Shown here: positions 26,316 through 38,265 of the stretch, in pieces
Numbering within the stretch: the stretch's first letter is position 1
How the letters are laid out: every line of letters starts with the position of its first letter
The notes under the pieces: model-generated
Told to the model about the DNA's origin: nothing
What the model saw: the letters and a program-made list of their open reading frames with translations, nothing else
Database searches by the model: none
Position numbers and translations under genes: made by a program
Assembly: GCA_044236365.1 (NCBI GenBank)
Contig: JBIIGQ010000002.1
Span: 1 to 39,447, forward strand
Length of the DNA stretch: 39,447 nt
Direction: 5' to 3'
Origin: Candidatus Limnocylindrus sp.
GTDB lineage: Bacteria > Chloroflexota > Limnocylindria > Limnocylindrales > Limnocylindraceae

Positions 26316-27131
26316 CTACGCCTCGGTCGCGCCCGTCGGCTGCTTGCCAGCTGGCCAGTAGAGCTCCTTGTGAATCGCATCGGCAGGTAGACCGAATGCG
26401 GCGAGCTCGCTCTCTGCAGCGACGATCATCTCAGGGTTTCCGCAGAGGTAGGCAATCGCTTGACTTGGGTCAACACCGAGATCACTGAGTGCTGATTGAA
26501 TGATGCTCTCAACGCGGCCGGTGCGGCCCGTCCAGCCAGCATTGAGTGGATCAGCCGGTCGTGAAATGGTTGGAACGTAGGTTGCCGGGTACGACCCGCT
26601 CTTCTCCCACCCCTCGATCAACTCGCGGTAGCCGATGTCGCTGACGTAGCTCACACCATTGAGGTAGATCGCACGTCGCGGGGCACCGTCGTCGGCGAGG
26701 GTGCGTGCCATGCTGACGAACGGCGCAATCCCTGTGCCCGAAGAGACGTAGATCTGCACACGCGTGTCGGCCGGCTCCATCGTGAACTTCCCCTTTGGGG
26801 CGAGCACGCGCAGTCGGTGGCCGACAGGGAGCGAGAAGACGAGCGGCGTAAACGCGCCACCGCGAACGAGTCGAAGGTAGAGCTCGTAACCGCCGTCAAG
26901 GGCGCGTGCCGACGAGGCAACGGAGTAGGGGCGCTGCACGAACTTTTCGCCAACCTTGACGCCGATCGTTACGTACTGGCCGGGCTCAAATGGGGTTGGC
27001 ACGCCGTCGGGCTTGATCCAGACGCGGGCGAGCGTGTCGGTATCGTCGATGCGTGCCGCGAGGGTGGCGTTGTAGGCGGGATCGTCGGCCAGGATGCCGA
27101 ACGAGGCGGGGGTCGCTGCCGTCTCTGCCAT
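26316..27131 (-). CDS. Ferredoxin--NADP(+) reductase, FNR/FPR family
   Basis: FAD-binding RPYSVAS (RxYS), NAD(P)-binding SSGTGIAPF, and CGNPEM near the C-terminus. GAGGAGG SD 4 nt upstream of the ATG on the minus strand. Confidence 0.88.
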   Translation of the reverse strand: MAETAATPASFGILADDPAYNATLAARIDDTDTLARVWIKPDGVPTPFEPGQYVTIGVKVGEKFVQRPYSVASSARALDGGYELYLRLVRGGAFTPLVFSLPVGHRLRVLAPKGKFTMEPADTRVQIYVSSGTGIAPFVSMARTLADDGAPRRAIYLNGVSYVSDIGYRELIEGWEKSGSYPATYVPTISRPADPLNAGWTGRTGRVESIIQSALSDLGVDPSQAIAYLCGNPEMIVAAESELAAFGLPADAIHKELYWPAGKQPTGATEA

Positions 27132-27312
27132 GGGGCCTCCTCACGGTGGTGCAACGCTGAGCGTCGCCGTTGCAGGGGAGTGTAGGGGAGGGGGCGTGCG
27201 GACGCCTTGGCCTTGGGGAGGGGCTGACTGCTATTCTGCGCCCAACAGCGCTTGACACCCACGGGCAACTGCTTTGTCCGATCACGAAACCGCAAAGGAG
27301 GTCCCCCCACCG

Positions 27313-29222
27313 ATGGCTTCCGGGAGCGTTGCTGAGATCAAGAGTCGACTCGCTGTCGCCGACGTCGTCGGCGAGACGGTTGTGCTGCGCAAGGCGGGCG
27401 CTGCGTTCAAGGGCCTCTGCCCATTCCATGGCGAGAAGACCCCCTCATTCGTCGTCACGCCTGCCCGCGAAACCTGGAAGTGCTTCGGCTGCGGTAAGGG
27501 GGGCGACATCTTCACCTTCGTCATGGAGCGCGACAGCCTGCCCTTTGGCGAGGCGTTGACGCAGCTGGCCGCGAAGGCTGGCGTCACGATCGACGATCGC
27601 AGTCGCGCCGAGGATGCGCGCAAGGTGCGCCTTCGCGATGTGCTCGAAGGGGCGGTCAGCTTCTATCACGCCATCCTCACCTCGCACGAGCTCGGACGCC
27701 CCGCACTCGACTACCTGCACTCGCGCGGATTCACCGACGAGACGATCGAAGCGCAGCGACTCGGCTGGTCACCAGACTCCTGGGACGCCTGCTCCAAGGC
27801 GCTCGCCGCAAAGCGTGGCGCAACGCCCGCAGAGTTGGCCGCCGTTGGTCTCACCACGGAACGCGACGGTGGTCGTGGCGCCTATGACCGCTTCCGCGCC
27901 CGCGTGATCTTTCCGATCCGTGATGCGAATGGGAAGATCACCGGCCTCGGTGGTCGCCTTCTTCCAGAAGACGACAAGCGCGGTGATCGTGGTCCGAAGT
28001 ATCTGAATAGCGCAGCGACCGAACTCTTCGACAAGTCGCGCACCCTCTATCTCATTGACAAGGCGAAGCCGGCGATGCGCAAGAGCGGCACCGCGGTGCT
28101 CGTTGAGGGATACACCGACGCGCTGATGGCGCATCAGTCGGGCTTCACCAACGTTGTCGCCAGCATGGGCACCGCGCTCACCCCTGCGCAGGTCGCGCTG
28201 CTCTTGCGCTACGGATCAAAGATTCTCTTGGCGTACGACGTTGATGCCGCTGGAGCGAAGGCGGGCGCCTTTGGGGCGACCGAGCTGCTCCGACTCGTGA
28301 CCGAGCTTGGGAGCGCCGATGGCGGACCATCGCTCGTTGATGTGGGGATCGTGCGCCTCCCCGATGGGAAAGACCCTGATGAAGTCGTGCGCGATCAACC
28401 AGGGGCCTGGCGCGCCGCAACGGAGCAGCCAGTACCTGTAGTGGAATACCTCATTGACACTCATGCCCAGGCCCACGACCTGAAGGACCTTGGCGGTCGG
28501 AAGCGCGCCATTGACGGCATCAAGCCAATTCTCCGCAGCCTGCGCGACCCAATCGTTCGCGATGGCTACATCTCTGCCGCCGCGCGGCGCATCGGCGTGG
28601 ACGAGAACTCCATTCGCGAAGCGATGATCCAGCGCGGCGCCGAGACGGCCGGCGCAGAGAGCCGCATCTCCGCCGATCGTGTACGCGCCGCCGACGCCGA
28701 CGGTGATATCGACTCCATCCTTGCCGGGGTAACGCCGCCCGAGGCCGAGCTGCTCCGACTCCTCATTGCGGCGCCCGCTGAACGGCTCCGGGTGCGCGAC
28801 GTCCTCACCGATCAGCTCTTCACCAGTGGGCTCGCACGCTCACTGTGGCGGGGATTGCGTGCGGCACTTGACGCTGGCCTCGAGGCGGGGACGACCGTTG
28901 ATGCGCTGGAACGCCTACCCAGTACGATTAAGGGCGAAGAGCGCCGCCTGGCGCAGGCCCTCTCGGTACGCCTTGGGGCCACCGTTGAGATCACGCGGAT
29001 CCGCATCGGCATTGATCAGACCATCTTGCGTCTGGAGGCTGATCGCCTCGAGGAGGCGATGGCCTGGTCGCGAAGTGAGATTGCTGAGGCGGAGCGTGAG
29101 GGCGATGCCGCTCGAGTTCGATCCCTCATGGAGGCTGAACGAGATCTTGGACAAAAGCGAAAGGCGCTTGACCGACGCTTCTTGGCGTCGGGAGTGCTCA
29201 CAGCGGCAAAGGGGGGGAGCAA

Positions 29223-29226
<4 letters not shown>
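27313..29226 (+). CDS. dnaG: DNA primase
   Basis: Zinc-ribbon [33 protein letters not shown]-polymerase core, and TOPRIM EGYTDAL ... DVDAAG. I prefer the ATG at 27313, 12 nt after AAAGGAGG, over the TTG at 27274 in the ORF track. Confidence 0.93.
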
Positions 29227-31364
<2,138 letters not shown>

Positions 31365-31379
31365 GGGGTTCGTGCGGCG

Positions 31380-31400
31380 GGGAGGAGCCACGGCCCTCCC
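31380..31400 (+). terminator. Stem-loop 16 nt after the rpoD stop (weak intrinsic-terminator candidate)
   Basis: GGGAGG-agccacggc-CCTCCC is followed by tgctaatatt. The stem is short and the U-tract is imperfect. Confidence 0.3.
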
Positions 31401-31409
31401 TGCTAATAT
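31401..31409 (+). promoter_or_regulatory. Extended -10-like element TGcTAATAT upstream of tRNA-Asn
   Basis: It matches TGnTAnnnT and ends 27 nt upstream of the mature tRNA 5' end. No convincing -35 is present. A CGCGGC-agcg-GCCGCG hairpin (31416-31431) lies in the predicted leader. Confidence 0.3.
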
Positions 31410-31436
31410 TCCGCTCGCGGCAGCGGCCGCGGTCAT

Positions 31437-31511
31437 TCCGGCGTAGCTCAGTGGTAGAGCGGGCGGCTGTTAACCGCCATGTCGTAGGTTCGAATCCTAC
31501 CGCCGGAGCCA
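31437..31511 (+). tRNA. tRNA-Asn, anticodon GTT, CCA encoded
   Basis: Folded by hand. Acceptor stem TCCGGCG/CGCCGGA. D arm GCTC-AGTGGTA-GAGC. Anticodon arm GGCGG-CTGTTAA-CCGCC. Variable loop ATGTC. T arm GTAGG-TTCGAAT-CCTAC. Discriminator G, then CCA. Confidence 0.95.
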
Positions 31512-31542
31512 GCACCTTGGAAGAAGAGTGGGTGGAGGGAAA

Positions 31543-31644
31543 GTGCTTAGTCGAATCGCCATCGGGCTGATCCTCGCCGCATTTGGAGCATCAATCGTTG
31601 CCGCGGCAGCCTACCCAGGCAACCGCATGGACTCGGGGAACTAA
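31543..31644 (+). CDS. Candidate 33-aa single-TM micro-protein (below the ORF-track size cut-off)
   Basis: The GTG follows GGAGG (31534-31538) by 4 nt. The translation VLSRIAIGLILAAFGASIVAAAAYPGNRMDSGN is one hydrophobic helix plus a polar tail. The stop lies 5 nt before the next ATG. Confidence 0.4.
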   Translation: MLSRIAIGLILAAFGASIVAAAAYPGNRMDSGN

Positions 31645-31649
31645 GAGAG

Positions 31650-32018
31650 ATGGTTGCAACCGGACTCAGCGAGAGCCCTCAGGCCTATCGCGTCAAATTG
31701 CTCGAGCAGAGCGACAGCCAGATCGACGCATGGGCGACCGGCTCACTGCGTGACATGGCGAAGCGCAAGGGAATCGTCGCCACCATCCACGAGTTCTCCC
31801 ATGCCGCGCATCTCGATGAAGACGGGCTTGCGGGCGCCTACACGCTCGGTGGTGGACCAGCCGCCACGATGGGGCGTGACGCAGAGGGGCGACTGCTTCT
31901 TCCTGCGGTCAGCCTCTGGTGCCTCGTTCCTGGCCTCCGCGCCGCCGACCCGAAGGGTGGTCGCGAGCGGCTGGTTGCCTTCTTGGTCGCGACCTTCGAA
32001 GAGGTTGTCTACATCTAG
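31650..32018 (+). CDS. Hypothetical protein (122 aa, no recognisable motif)
   Basis: ATG start and GC-rich third codon positions consistent with coding. I recognise no family signature. Confidence 0.55.
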   Translation: MVATGLSESPQAYRVKLLEQSDSQIDAWATGSLRDMAKRKGIVATIHEFSHAAHLDEDGLAGAYTLGGGPAATMGRDAEGRLLLPAVSLWCLVPGLRAADPKGGRERLVAFLVATFEEVVYI

Positions 32019-32028
32019 GTTCGGTCGG

Positions 32029-33075
32029 TTACTCCGACTTCTGTCGCAAGATCGCGGCGAGGTTGTCGAGCTTGTTTCGCGCGATCAGTAGCCACTTCGC
32101 CATGTTGGCGCGATCTGTTTCGCTGAGGGGTGCACCCGCCTCTGGCTGATCAATCTCATGCAGCACTGCGGCGAGCGCGTCGATGGAACTGGCGAGACTA
32201 TCGCGAGCGTTAGTCAGCGCCGCGTCTGATGCCGAGGCGATGGCTGCCGCTTGCGTTGAGACTGGCGCGGACGCGCTCCGCGCGGGTTGCTTCACAGCGG
32301 CTGCAATGATCGGCCGTTCATTTGGTGAGGCGTACGGGAAGATCGATGGTGCGACGACCTCTGGTGCGGCGGACGGTTCTGGCCGCTCCTCGCGGACGAC
32401 ACCCTTGAGCCGAGCGAGCGAGAGTTCGCCGCGCAGCACCTGTGCCGCCAACTCGCCGCGACGCGCTGCATCGGTGATCTTCATCAGCTCATAGGCATGG
32501 CTGATGGTGTCGGAGCGCTCCGCGACGAGCGCGCGGATGTCGGCCGGTGCATGCATCAGGCGCAGGCGATTTTCGACGTAGCCCTTGTCCTTACCGATGC
32601 GCTCGGCCAACTTGCGGATGCTGTAGCCGAGCTCGCTCGTCATGCGCGCAAAGATTGCCGCCTCATCAAGCGGGGAGAGATCCTCACGCTGCAGGTTCTC
32701 GATGATCGCAACCTCAAGGGCGATCTCATCGCTCATCGCTTCAACGATGGCAGGGATCATCGGCATGCCGAGCGAGAGTACGGCACGCCAGCGGCGCTCA
32801 CCCGCAACGATCTCGTAGGAGCCCGGCTCGGTTGGCCGCACGATGATCGGCTGAAGCACCCCGTGCTCGCGAATGCTCGCGGTGAGCTCATCGATCGCCA
32901 GCGGCGGCAGTGCGAGACGAGGCTGTTTGGTGTTCACCGAGACGCGGTCAACGGCGATCTGTCGCACTGAGCGATCACCCTGGGCACCCTCGGGCGGGAG
33001 GAGTGAAAGAATGGAGTCGTTGAGCTCCTGACCGCTGCCCCCTGAATCGCCCGTTGGCTGCTTCCCCTTCGGCAT
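32029..33075 (-). CDS. ParB/Spo0J-family protein (CTPase-type N-domain + HTH) with non-canonical C-terminal half; no adjacent parA
   Basis: N-domain [11 protein letters not shown]...[12 protein letters not shown] (GERRxRA box), [16 protein letters not shown], and HTH region [21 protein letters not shown]. From about aa 225 the protein is an Ala/Pro/Ser-rich linker followed by a helical tail. GAGGAG SD on the minus strand. Confidence 0.85.
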   Translation of the reverse strand: MPKGKQPTGDSGGSGQELNDSILSLLPPEGAQGDRSVRQIAVDRVSVNTKQPRLALPPLAIDELTASIREHGVLQPIIVRPTEPGSYEIVAGERRWRAVLSLGMPMIPAIVEAMSDEIALEVAIIENLQREDLSPLDEAAIFARMTSELGYSIRKLAERIGKDKGYVENRLRLMHAPADIRALVAERSDTISHAYELMKITDAARRGELAAQVLRGELSLARLKGVVREERPEPSAAPEVVAPSIFPYASPNERPIIAAAVKQPARSASAPVSTQAAAIASASDAALTNARDSLASSIDALAAVLHEIDQPEAGAPLSETDRANMAKWLLIARNKLDNLAAILRQKSE

Positions 33076-33198
33076 GCTGCCTCCTCAGTTCGCTTCGTGC
33101 GCCTTGCGGCCCACCGTTTCGCCGCATCGTACCGCGCGAGGGGTGTGGGAGAATCGTGCGAAGCGAAGTGCCCGTGGCGGGGCAGTAGGGAGGTGAGC

Positions 33199-34800
33199 GT
33201 GGGTAAGGAGCAGGGGCGCGACGTCGCGCGCGACACCACCGCCTCTGGCGCACCCCTCGAAACGAACTACGGTCCTAACTCGACGCGCGACGCTGCCGCC
33301 GAGATCGGCGGCGCTGGCGCCTTCCCCTACACGCGCGGTGTGCAGGAGACGATGTATCGCGGACGTCTCTGGACGATGCGCCAGTACGCCGGCTTCTCAA
33401 CGGCACGCGAATCCAACGAGCGCTACCGCTACCTGCTGGAGCAGGGTCAAACCGGTCTCTCGGTTGCCTTCGACCTGCCAACGCAGATGGGCTACGACTC
33501 CGACGCGCCAGAGGCGGAGGGTGAGGTCGGCCGCGTCGGTGTCGCCATTGACTCGATTGCCGACATGGAGACGCTCTTCCAAGGAATCCCGCTCGACAAG
33601 GTTTCGACCTCGATGACGATCAACTCCACGGCGCCGATCCTGCTCGCGCTCTATGTGGCAGTTGCTGAGCGCCAAGGGGTCTCACGCGCCGAGCTCTCGG
33701 GTACGACGCAGAACGATCTCCTCAAGGAGTACATCGCTCGCGGCACCTACATCTTTCCGCCCGAGCCATCGCTGCGCCTGATCACCGACGTCTTTGAGTG
33801 GTGCGCCACCGAGCTGCCGAAGTGGAACACGATCAGCATCTCGGGCTATCACATGCGCGAAGCGGGAGCGACCGCCGCGCAAGAGCTCGCCTTCACCTTC
33901 GCTGACGCGATCGCCTACGTTGATGCAGCGGTTGCACGCGGCCTCGAGGTCGACGCCATCGCGCCGCGCCTCTCCTTCTTCTTCGCTGCATGGACCGACA
34001 TCCTCGAAGAGGTGGCGAAGTTCCGCGCCGCGCGCCGCATCTGGGCGCGCATCATGCGCGATCGCTACGGCGCGAAGAGCGAGAAGTCGCTCCTCTGCCG
34101 CTTCCATGTGCAGACCGCCGGCTCCACCCTGACCGCGCAGTCCATCGACAACAATGTCGTGCGCGCCGCATATCAGGCGCTCGCTGCAGTGTTGGGTGGC
34201 GCGCAGAGCCTGCACGTCAACGGAAAAGATGAGGCGCTTGCACTTCCAACGGAGGCTTCGGCACGTCTCGCGCTGCGCACGCAGCAGGTACTCGCCCATG
34301 AGGCCGGCGTTGCAGGCACGGTGGATCCGCTCGGTGGTAGCTACGCCGTGGAGGCGCTCACCGATCAGGTGGAGCGCGACGCTCTCGCCCTCATCGCCGA
34401 GGTTGATCGGCTCGGCGGCATGGTCGCCGCCGTTGCAGCGGGATTCCCGCAGCGCGCCATTCAAGACTCGGCGTACGCCTATCAGCGCGAGGTGGAGAGT
34501 GGCGAGCGCGTGATCGTTGGCGTCAACCGATTCGTCGACGAAGAGGTCGAGACTCCAGCGATTGCCCGCATTGACCCGGCACGCGAGCGCGAACAGGTTG
34601 CTGAGCTGCAGGTGTTCCGAGCTGGGCGTGATGATGCGGCGGCGACCGCTGCCATCGCCGAGGTAATCTCGACAGCGAAGGGGAGCGCCAACATGATGCC
34701 GCCGATCCTGGCCGCCGTGAAGGTGGGCTGCACCGTTGGCGAGATCAGCGCCGCACTCCGCAGCGTGTGGGGCGAGCATCGCGAGGCGTTGGTCTTATGA
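33199..34800 (+). CDS. Methylmalonyl-CoA mutase large (catalytic, substrate-binding) subunit; no fused B12-binding domain
   Basis: [62 protein letters not shown], and [20 protein letters not shown]. It ends before any DxHxxG cobalamin domain. I prefer the GTG at 33199, 5 nt after GGGAGG, over the ORF-track start at 33097. Confidence 0.92.
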   Translation: MGKEQGRDVARDTTASGAPLETNYGPNSTRDAAAEIGGAGAFPYTRGVQETMYRGRLWTMRQYAGFSTARESNERYRYLLEQGQTGLSVAFDLPTQMGYDSDAPEAEGEVGRVGVAIDSIADMETLFQGIPLDKVSTSMTINSTAPILLALYVAVAERQGVSRAELSGTTQNDLLKEYIARGTYIFPPEPSLRLITDVFEWCATELPKWNTISISGYHMREAGATAAQELAFTFADAIAYVDAAVARGLEVDAIAPRLSFFFAAWTDILEEVAKFRAARRIWARIMRDRYGAKSEKSLLCRFHVQTAGSTLTAQSIDNNVVRAAYQALAAVLGGAQSLHVNGKDEALALPTEASARLALRTQQVLAHEAGVAGTVDPLGGSYAVEALTDQVERDALALIAEVDRLGGMVAAVAAGFPQRAIQDSAYAYQREVESGERVIVGVNRFVDEEVETPAIARIDPAREREQVAELQVFRAGRDDAAATAAIAEVISTAKGSANMMPPILAAVKVGCTVGEISAALRSVWGEHREALVL

Positions 34801-35264
34801 GCCTCCCCGTGCGCGGTCGCATTCACCACGTCGCCTCCGTCGTTCGCGACATTGATGCATCGATTGACTTTCACACGCGCGTGCTTGGCTTGGCACTCGA
34901 GCAGGTTGCCGAGGTGCCGTCACAAGAGGTGCGTATCGCCTTCCTCACCGCTGGTGACTCCAAGATCGAACTCGTCTCGCCAACAAATGAGACGAGTGGC
35001 GTTGCGCGATTCCTTGAGTCGAAGGGGGAGGGGTTTCATCACCTCTGCCTAGAAGTCCCCGACATCGCTGCCGAGCTCACCGCGCTCGCCGCGGCGGGTG
35101 TGCAGCTGATCAATACAGAGGCGGTTGCTGGCGTTGAAGGGCCGGTGGCCTTCTTGCATCCGAAGAGCTGCAACGGTGTGTTGATTGAGTTGATCGAAGC
35201 GCCTGGCGGTCCTGCGTGGAACCGCCTTGGGTTCGGCGCTCCAGGGGAGTTGCGGATTCGCTAG
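34797..35264 (+). CDS. mce: Methylmalonyl-CoA epimerase (VOC/glyoxalase-fold)
   Basis: [18 protein letters not shown]...KIELVSP...[16 protein letters not shown]...GVLIELIE. The ATG overlaps the mutase TGA (ATGA at 34797-34800). Confidence 0.88.
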   Translation: MSLPVRGRIHHVASVVRDIDASIDFHTRVLGLALEQVAEVPSQEVRIAFLTAGDSKIELVSPTNETSGVARFLESKGEGFHHLCLEVPDIAAELTALAAAGVQLINTEAVAGVEGPVAFLHPKSCNGVLIELIEAPGGPAWNRLGFGAPGELRIR

Positions 35265-35267
35265 CGC

Positions 35268-36167
35268 TTAGCGCTTCGTGTAGCCGGCCTCAATCAATAG
35301 GCGCGGAAGTTCGGTCGGCGAGGCGGCCACCTTGAATCCGGCGGCCTCGAGTGCAGCGATCTTGTCGATCGCTCGGCCCGAAGCGCCAGAGACGATCGCC
35401 CCTGCGTGACCCATGCGACGACCCTCAGGTGCGGCGCGCCCAGCGATGAAGGCAACACGTGGCAGGTGCTTCAAATGCTCGCCGGCCCATGCGGCGGCCT
35501 CCTCTTCAGCCGATCCGCCGATCTCACCGATGAGCACGAGTGCACGCGTCGCAGGGTCTGCGGCGAAGAGTTCGAGTGCATCGCGGAAGGTGGTGCCGAT
35601 GATTGGATCGCCGCCGATGCCGAGGCAGGTGGACTGACCGATGCCAGCATCGGTCATGGACTGCACCGCCTCGTAGGTCAACGTTCCGGAGCGGCTCACC
35701 ACACCAACGTCACCGGGAAGGTGAATGGAGGCGGGGATGATGCCGATCTTTGCACCGAGGCCGTTCACGCCCGGCGTCGTTGCGCCTGGGCAGTTCGGTC
35801 CGATCAGTCGCGCGCCGTACTGCTGCACCACTGCGAGGGCGCCAACCATGTCATGGACGGGGATCCCTTCGGTGATGCAGAAGATGGTCTTGATGCCAGA
35901 TGCAGCCGCTTCGGCGATGGCGTCTGCGGCGCCCGCTGCAGGGACAAAGATGCAGCTCGTGTTCGCTCCGGTCTTCTCGACCGCTTCACGAACGGTGTCA
36001 AAGACGGGTACGGTGCCGTCGAGCCCGAGCTCGCCGCCGCGACCAGGTGTGACGCCCGCAACGATCTTGGTGCCATAGGCGGCCATCTGGCCGGCGTGGA
36101 AGCCACCTTCACGTCCGGTGAGACCTTGCACCACGAGTCGCGTGTGCTGATCAACGAGAATGCTCAC
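35268..36167 (-). CDS. sucD: Succinate--CoA ligase (ADP/GDP-forming) alpha subunit
   Basis: [28 protein letters not shown], and phospho-His context [10 protein letters not shown]. The GTG start overlaps the sucC stop. Confidence 0.96.
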   Translation of the reverse strand: MSILVDQHTRLVVQGLTGREGGFHAGQMAAYGTKIVAGVTPGRGGELGLDGTVPVFDTVREAVEKTGANTSCIFVPAAGAADAIAEAAASGIKTIFCITEGIPVHDMVGALAVVQQYGARLIGPNCPGATTPGVNGLGAKIGIIPASIHLPGDVGVVSRSGTLTYEAVQSMTDAGIGQSTCLGIGGDPIIGTTFRDALELFAADPATRALVLIGEIGGSAEEEAAAWAGEHLKHLPRVAFIAGRAAPEGRRMGHAGAIVSGASGRAIDKIAALEAAGFKVAASPTELPRLLIEAGYTKR

Positions 36168-37339
36168 TTGCCGCCTCCCGCTGCAGCGAGTGCTACAGCC
36201 TTCTCGGCCGCCTCGTCGAGGCTCGCCGCCGTTTCAAATCCACCTTCGCGTAGGAGTACGGCGGCCTCTGCTGCATTCGTACCAACGATGCGCACGACCA
36301 TCGGCACGATGCGCTCCTGTTGCGCACGCGCCTCAATGAGTCCCTTGGCGACCTCGTCGCCGCGCGTAATGCCACCGAAGATGTTGACGAGGATCGCCTT
36401 CACTCCAGCATCGGCAAGGATGATGCGCATTGCGGCCGCAACCTTATCGGCGCGCGCGCCGCCACCAATGTCGAGGAAGTTGGCGGGCGTACCTCCGGCG
36501 CGCGTCACGAGGTCTAGCGTGGTCATGGCGAGACCGGCGCCGTTCACCATGCAGCCGATGCTCCCGTCGAGTCGGATGTAGGAGATTCCCTGCTCGCGCG
36601 CCTCGCGGTCGATCGGATCCTCGCTGTCGGCATCGCGCCACGCGGCAAGGTCTGGGTGCCGATCAAGCGCTGAATCATCGAAGGTCACCTTGGCATCGAG
36701 GCAGATCAGTCGTTCGCCACCCGGAAGCTCTGGCGCTGGAACCACAGCAAGTGGATTGACCTCGACAAGATCGGCGTCGCTCTCGCGTGCGATCTTCACG
36801 AGTCCAGCGGCAATCACGCAGAACTGCTTCAGTAGTTCACCGCGCAGTCCAATGCCGAAGCCGAGTCGGCGCGCCTGGAAGGGGAGTAGGCCACCGTGTG
36901 GGTGCGCGACTTCGCGAACGATTGCATTCGGATCCTTGGCGGCGACCTCTTCAATCTCCATGCCGCCGGCGGCGGATGCCATGACGAGCACGCCACGTGT
37001 GGTGCGGTCAATCAGTGCAGCGAGATAGATCTCGCGGATGATCGTGGAGGCTGGCGCAACGAGCACGCGTCGCACCGGAAGATCTTTAATGGTGAGAGCG
37101 AGAATTGCTGCGGCGGTTGTCTCGGCCTCCGCCGCGCTCGCGGCGAGCTTGACTCCGCCCGCCTTCCCCCGCCCGCCGACCAGGACCTGCGCCTTAATGA
37201 CGACTTGGGGCACCCCAGAGGCGAAGAGGCGTTCGGCGATGGCACGGGCGCCCGCGGCGGTGGTGGCAACGTCGGCATCGGGGACGGGGAGACCGGCGCG
37301 CGCCAGGAGCTCTCGCGCCTCTGCCTCGTGGATCTTCAC
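36164..37339 (-). CDS. sucC: Succinate--CoA ligase beta subunit
   Basis: [23 protein letters not shown]-grasp [16 protein letters not shown], and C-terminal [18 protein letters not shown] start with AGGAGG upstream on the minus strand. Confidence 0.96.
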   Translation of the reverse strand: MKIHEAEARELLARAGLPVPDADVATTAAGARAIAERLFASGVPQVVIKAQVLVGGRGKAGGVKLAASAAEAETTAAAILALTIKDLPVRRVLVAPASTIIREIYLAALIDRTTRGVLVMASAAGGMEIEEVAAKDPNAIVREVAHPHGGLLPFQARRLGFGIGLRGELLKQFCVIAAGLVKIARESDADLVEVNPLAVVPAPELPGGERLICLDAKVTFDDSALDRHPDLAAWRDADSEDPIDREAREQGISYIRLDGSIGCMVNGAGLAMTTLDLVTRAGGTPANFLDIGGGARADKVAAAMRIILADAGVKAILVNIFGGITRGDEVAKGLIEARAQQERIVPMVVRIVGTNAAEAAVLLREGGFETAASLDEAAEKAVALAAAGGGK

Positions 37340-37471
37340 CCTTGCCTCCTACCGCTCTCTCGTGGCTAACTCTGCGCAGCATACGCGTGCACGGGCTAGG
37401 CGTCGCGGGTACGATGCACCCCAGAGCAGGGGTGACCCCACCCCGAGAGAGTGGAGCGCAGAGGAGGCGGC

Positions 37472-37885
37472 ATGGCTCGCGGATCAACGCTCCCGGCTCC
37501 ACGTCGCGGAATCCGCGGGGCGATCGCCTACCGCGGCGGCGAGGGGATGGTCGCGTGGGCCTTCCACCGCATCTCGGGGATCGCTGTCTCAGCCTTCCTG
37601 GTAGCTCATGTTGTCAGCATCTTCATGGTCGGGGCAAACCCTGAGTTCTACGATTACATCCACCTCTTCTACGCGAGCGTCCCAGGCAAGGTGGCTGAGG
37701 TTCTTCTCGGTGCCGCCCTCCTGTATCACGCGCTCAACGGAACGCGCATCGTGGTGATGGATCTCTGGCCTGCGCTCACGGCGTATCACCGCCAACTCTG
37801 GCGCATCGTCTGGATCACCTTCTTCACCCTCGGTCTCCCTGGTGCCTACATCATCTTGAGTCGAATCTGGGAGACCGCGAAGTGA
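37472..37885 (+). CDS. sdhC: Succinate dehydrogenase cytochrome b subunit
   Basis: Three hydrophobic helices with HRISGIAV and HALNGTR heme-ligand contexts. The ATG at 37472 follows GAGGAGG by 4 nt. The ORF-track GTG at 37451 is rejected. Confidence 0.82.
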   Translation: MARGSTLPAPRRGIRGAIAYRGGEGMVAWAFHRISGIAVSAFLVAHVVSIFMVGANPEFYDYIHLFYASVPGKVAEVLLGAALLYHALNGTRIVVMDLWPALTAYHRQLWRIVWITFFTLGLPGAYIILSRIWETAK

Positions 37886-38261
37886 GCGGCGTACCGCGCG
37901 CACGACAGCCACGTCCGAAGGGGCGGGGGCGTGAGCTCACCTACTGGCTGCTGACCCGCTACACGGCACTGGCGCTCTTTGTGCTCGCCCTCGCGCACTA
38001 TACGATGACGCACTTTGTCTACGATTCGAGCGAGCAAACGGCAGAGTGGATCAAGCAGGTTCGCTGGAACTCGCTTGCCGTGCGATTCGTCGATTGGTCG
38101 ATGCTCGTCATCGTGATGCTGCACAGCTCTCTTGGCATGCGCACCGTCGTGCAGGACTACTTCAAGGGGCGCGCGCAATCGATTGTTCTCGGCCTCCTCT
38201 ACACCCTGACCGCCGTGCTTGTGGCTCTCGGTAGCCACGTCATCATTACGTTGCCACTGAA

Positions 38262-38265
<4 letters not shown>
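37882..38265 (+). CDS. sdhD: Succinate dehydrogenase hydrophobic membrane anchor subunit
   Basis: A 127-aa three-helix membrane protein lying between sdhC and sdhA. GTGA overlaps at both ends. Confidence 0.78.

Noticed and set aside
27252-27257. Perfect TTGACA hexamer upstream of dnaG as a -35 element.
   Set aside because: No TAnnnT-type -10 lies 16-19 nt downstream (the candidates read TTGTCC, TGTCCG and GTCCGA). A TATTCT at 27232-27237 likewise lacks a properly spaced -35. Neither is reported as a feature.
31512-33075. Possible genomic islet integrated at tRNA-Asn (micro-ORF, orphan, ParB-like gene).
   Set aside because: There is no integrase, recombinase or transposase. I could find no direct repeat of the tRNA 3' end downstream, and base composition shows no visible shift. 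I cannot support a mobile origin from the sequence.
33076-33198. Cobalamin riboswitch upstream of the methylmalonyl-CoA mutase.
   Set aside because: The region is only about 120 nt and is shared with the divergent parB-like promoter. I could not find a B12-box-like element or the multi-stem architecture.
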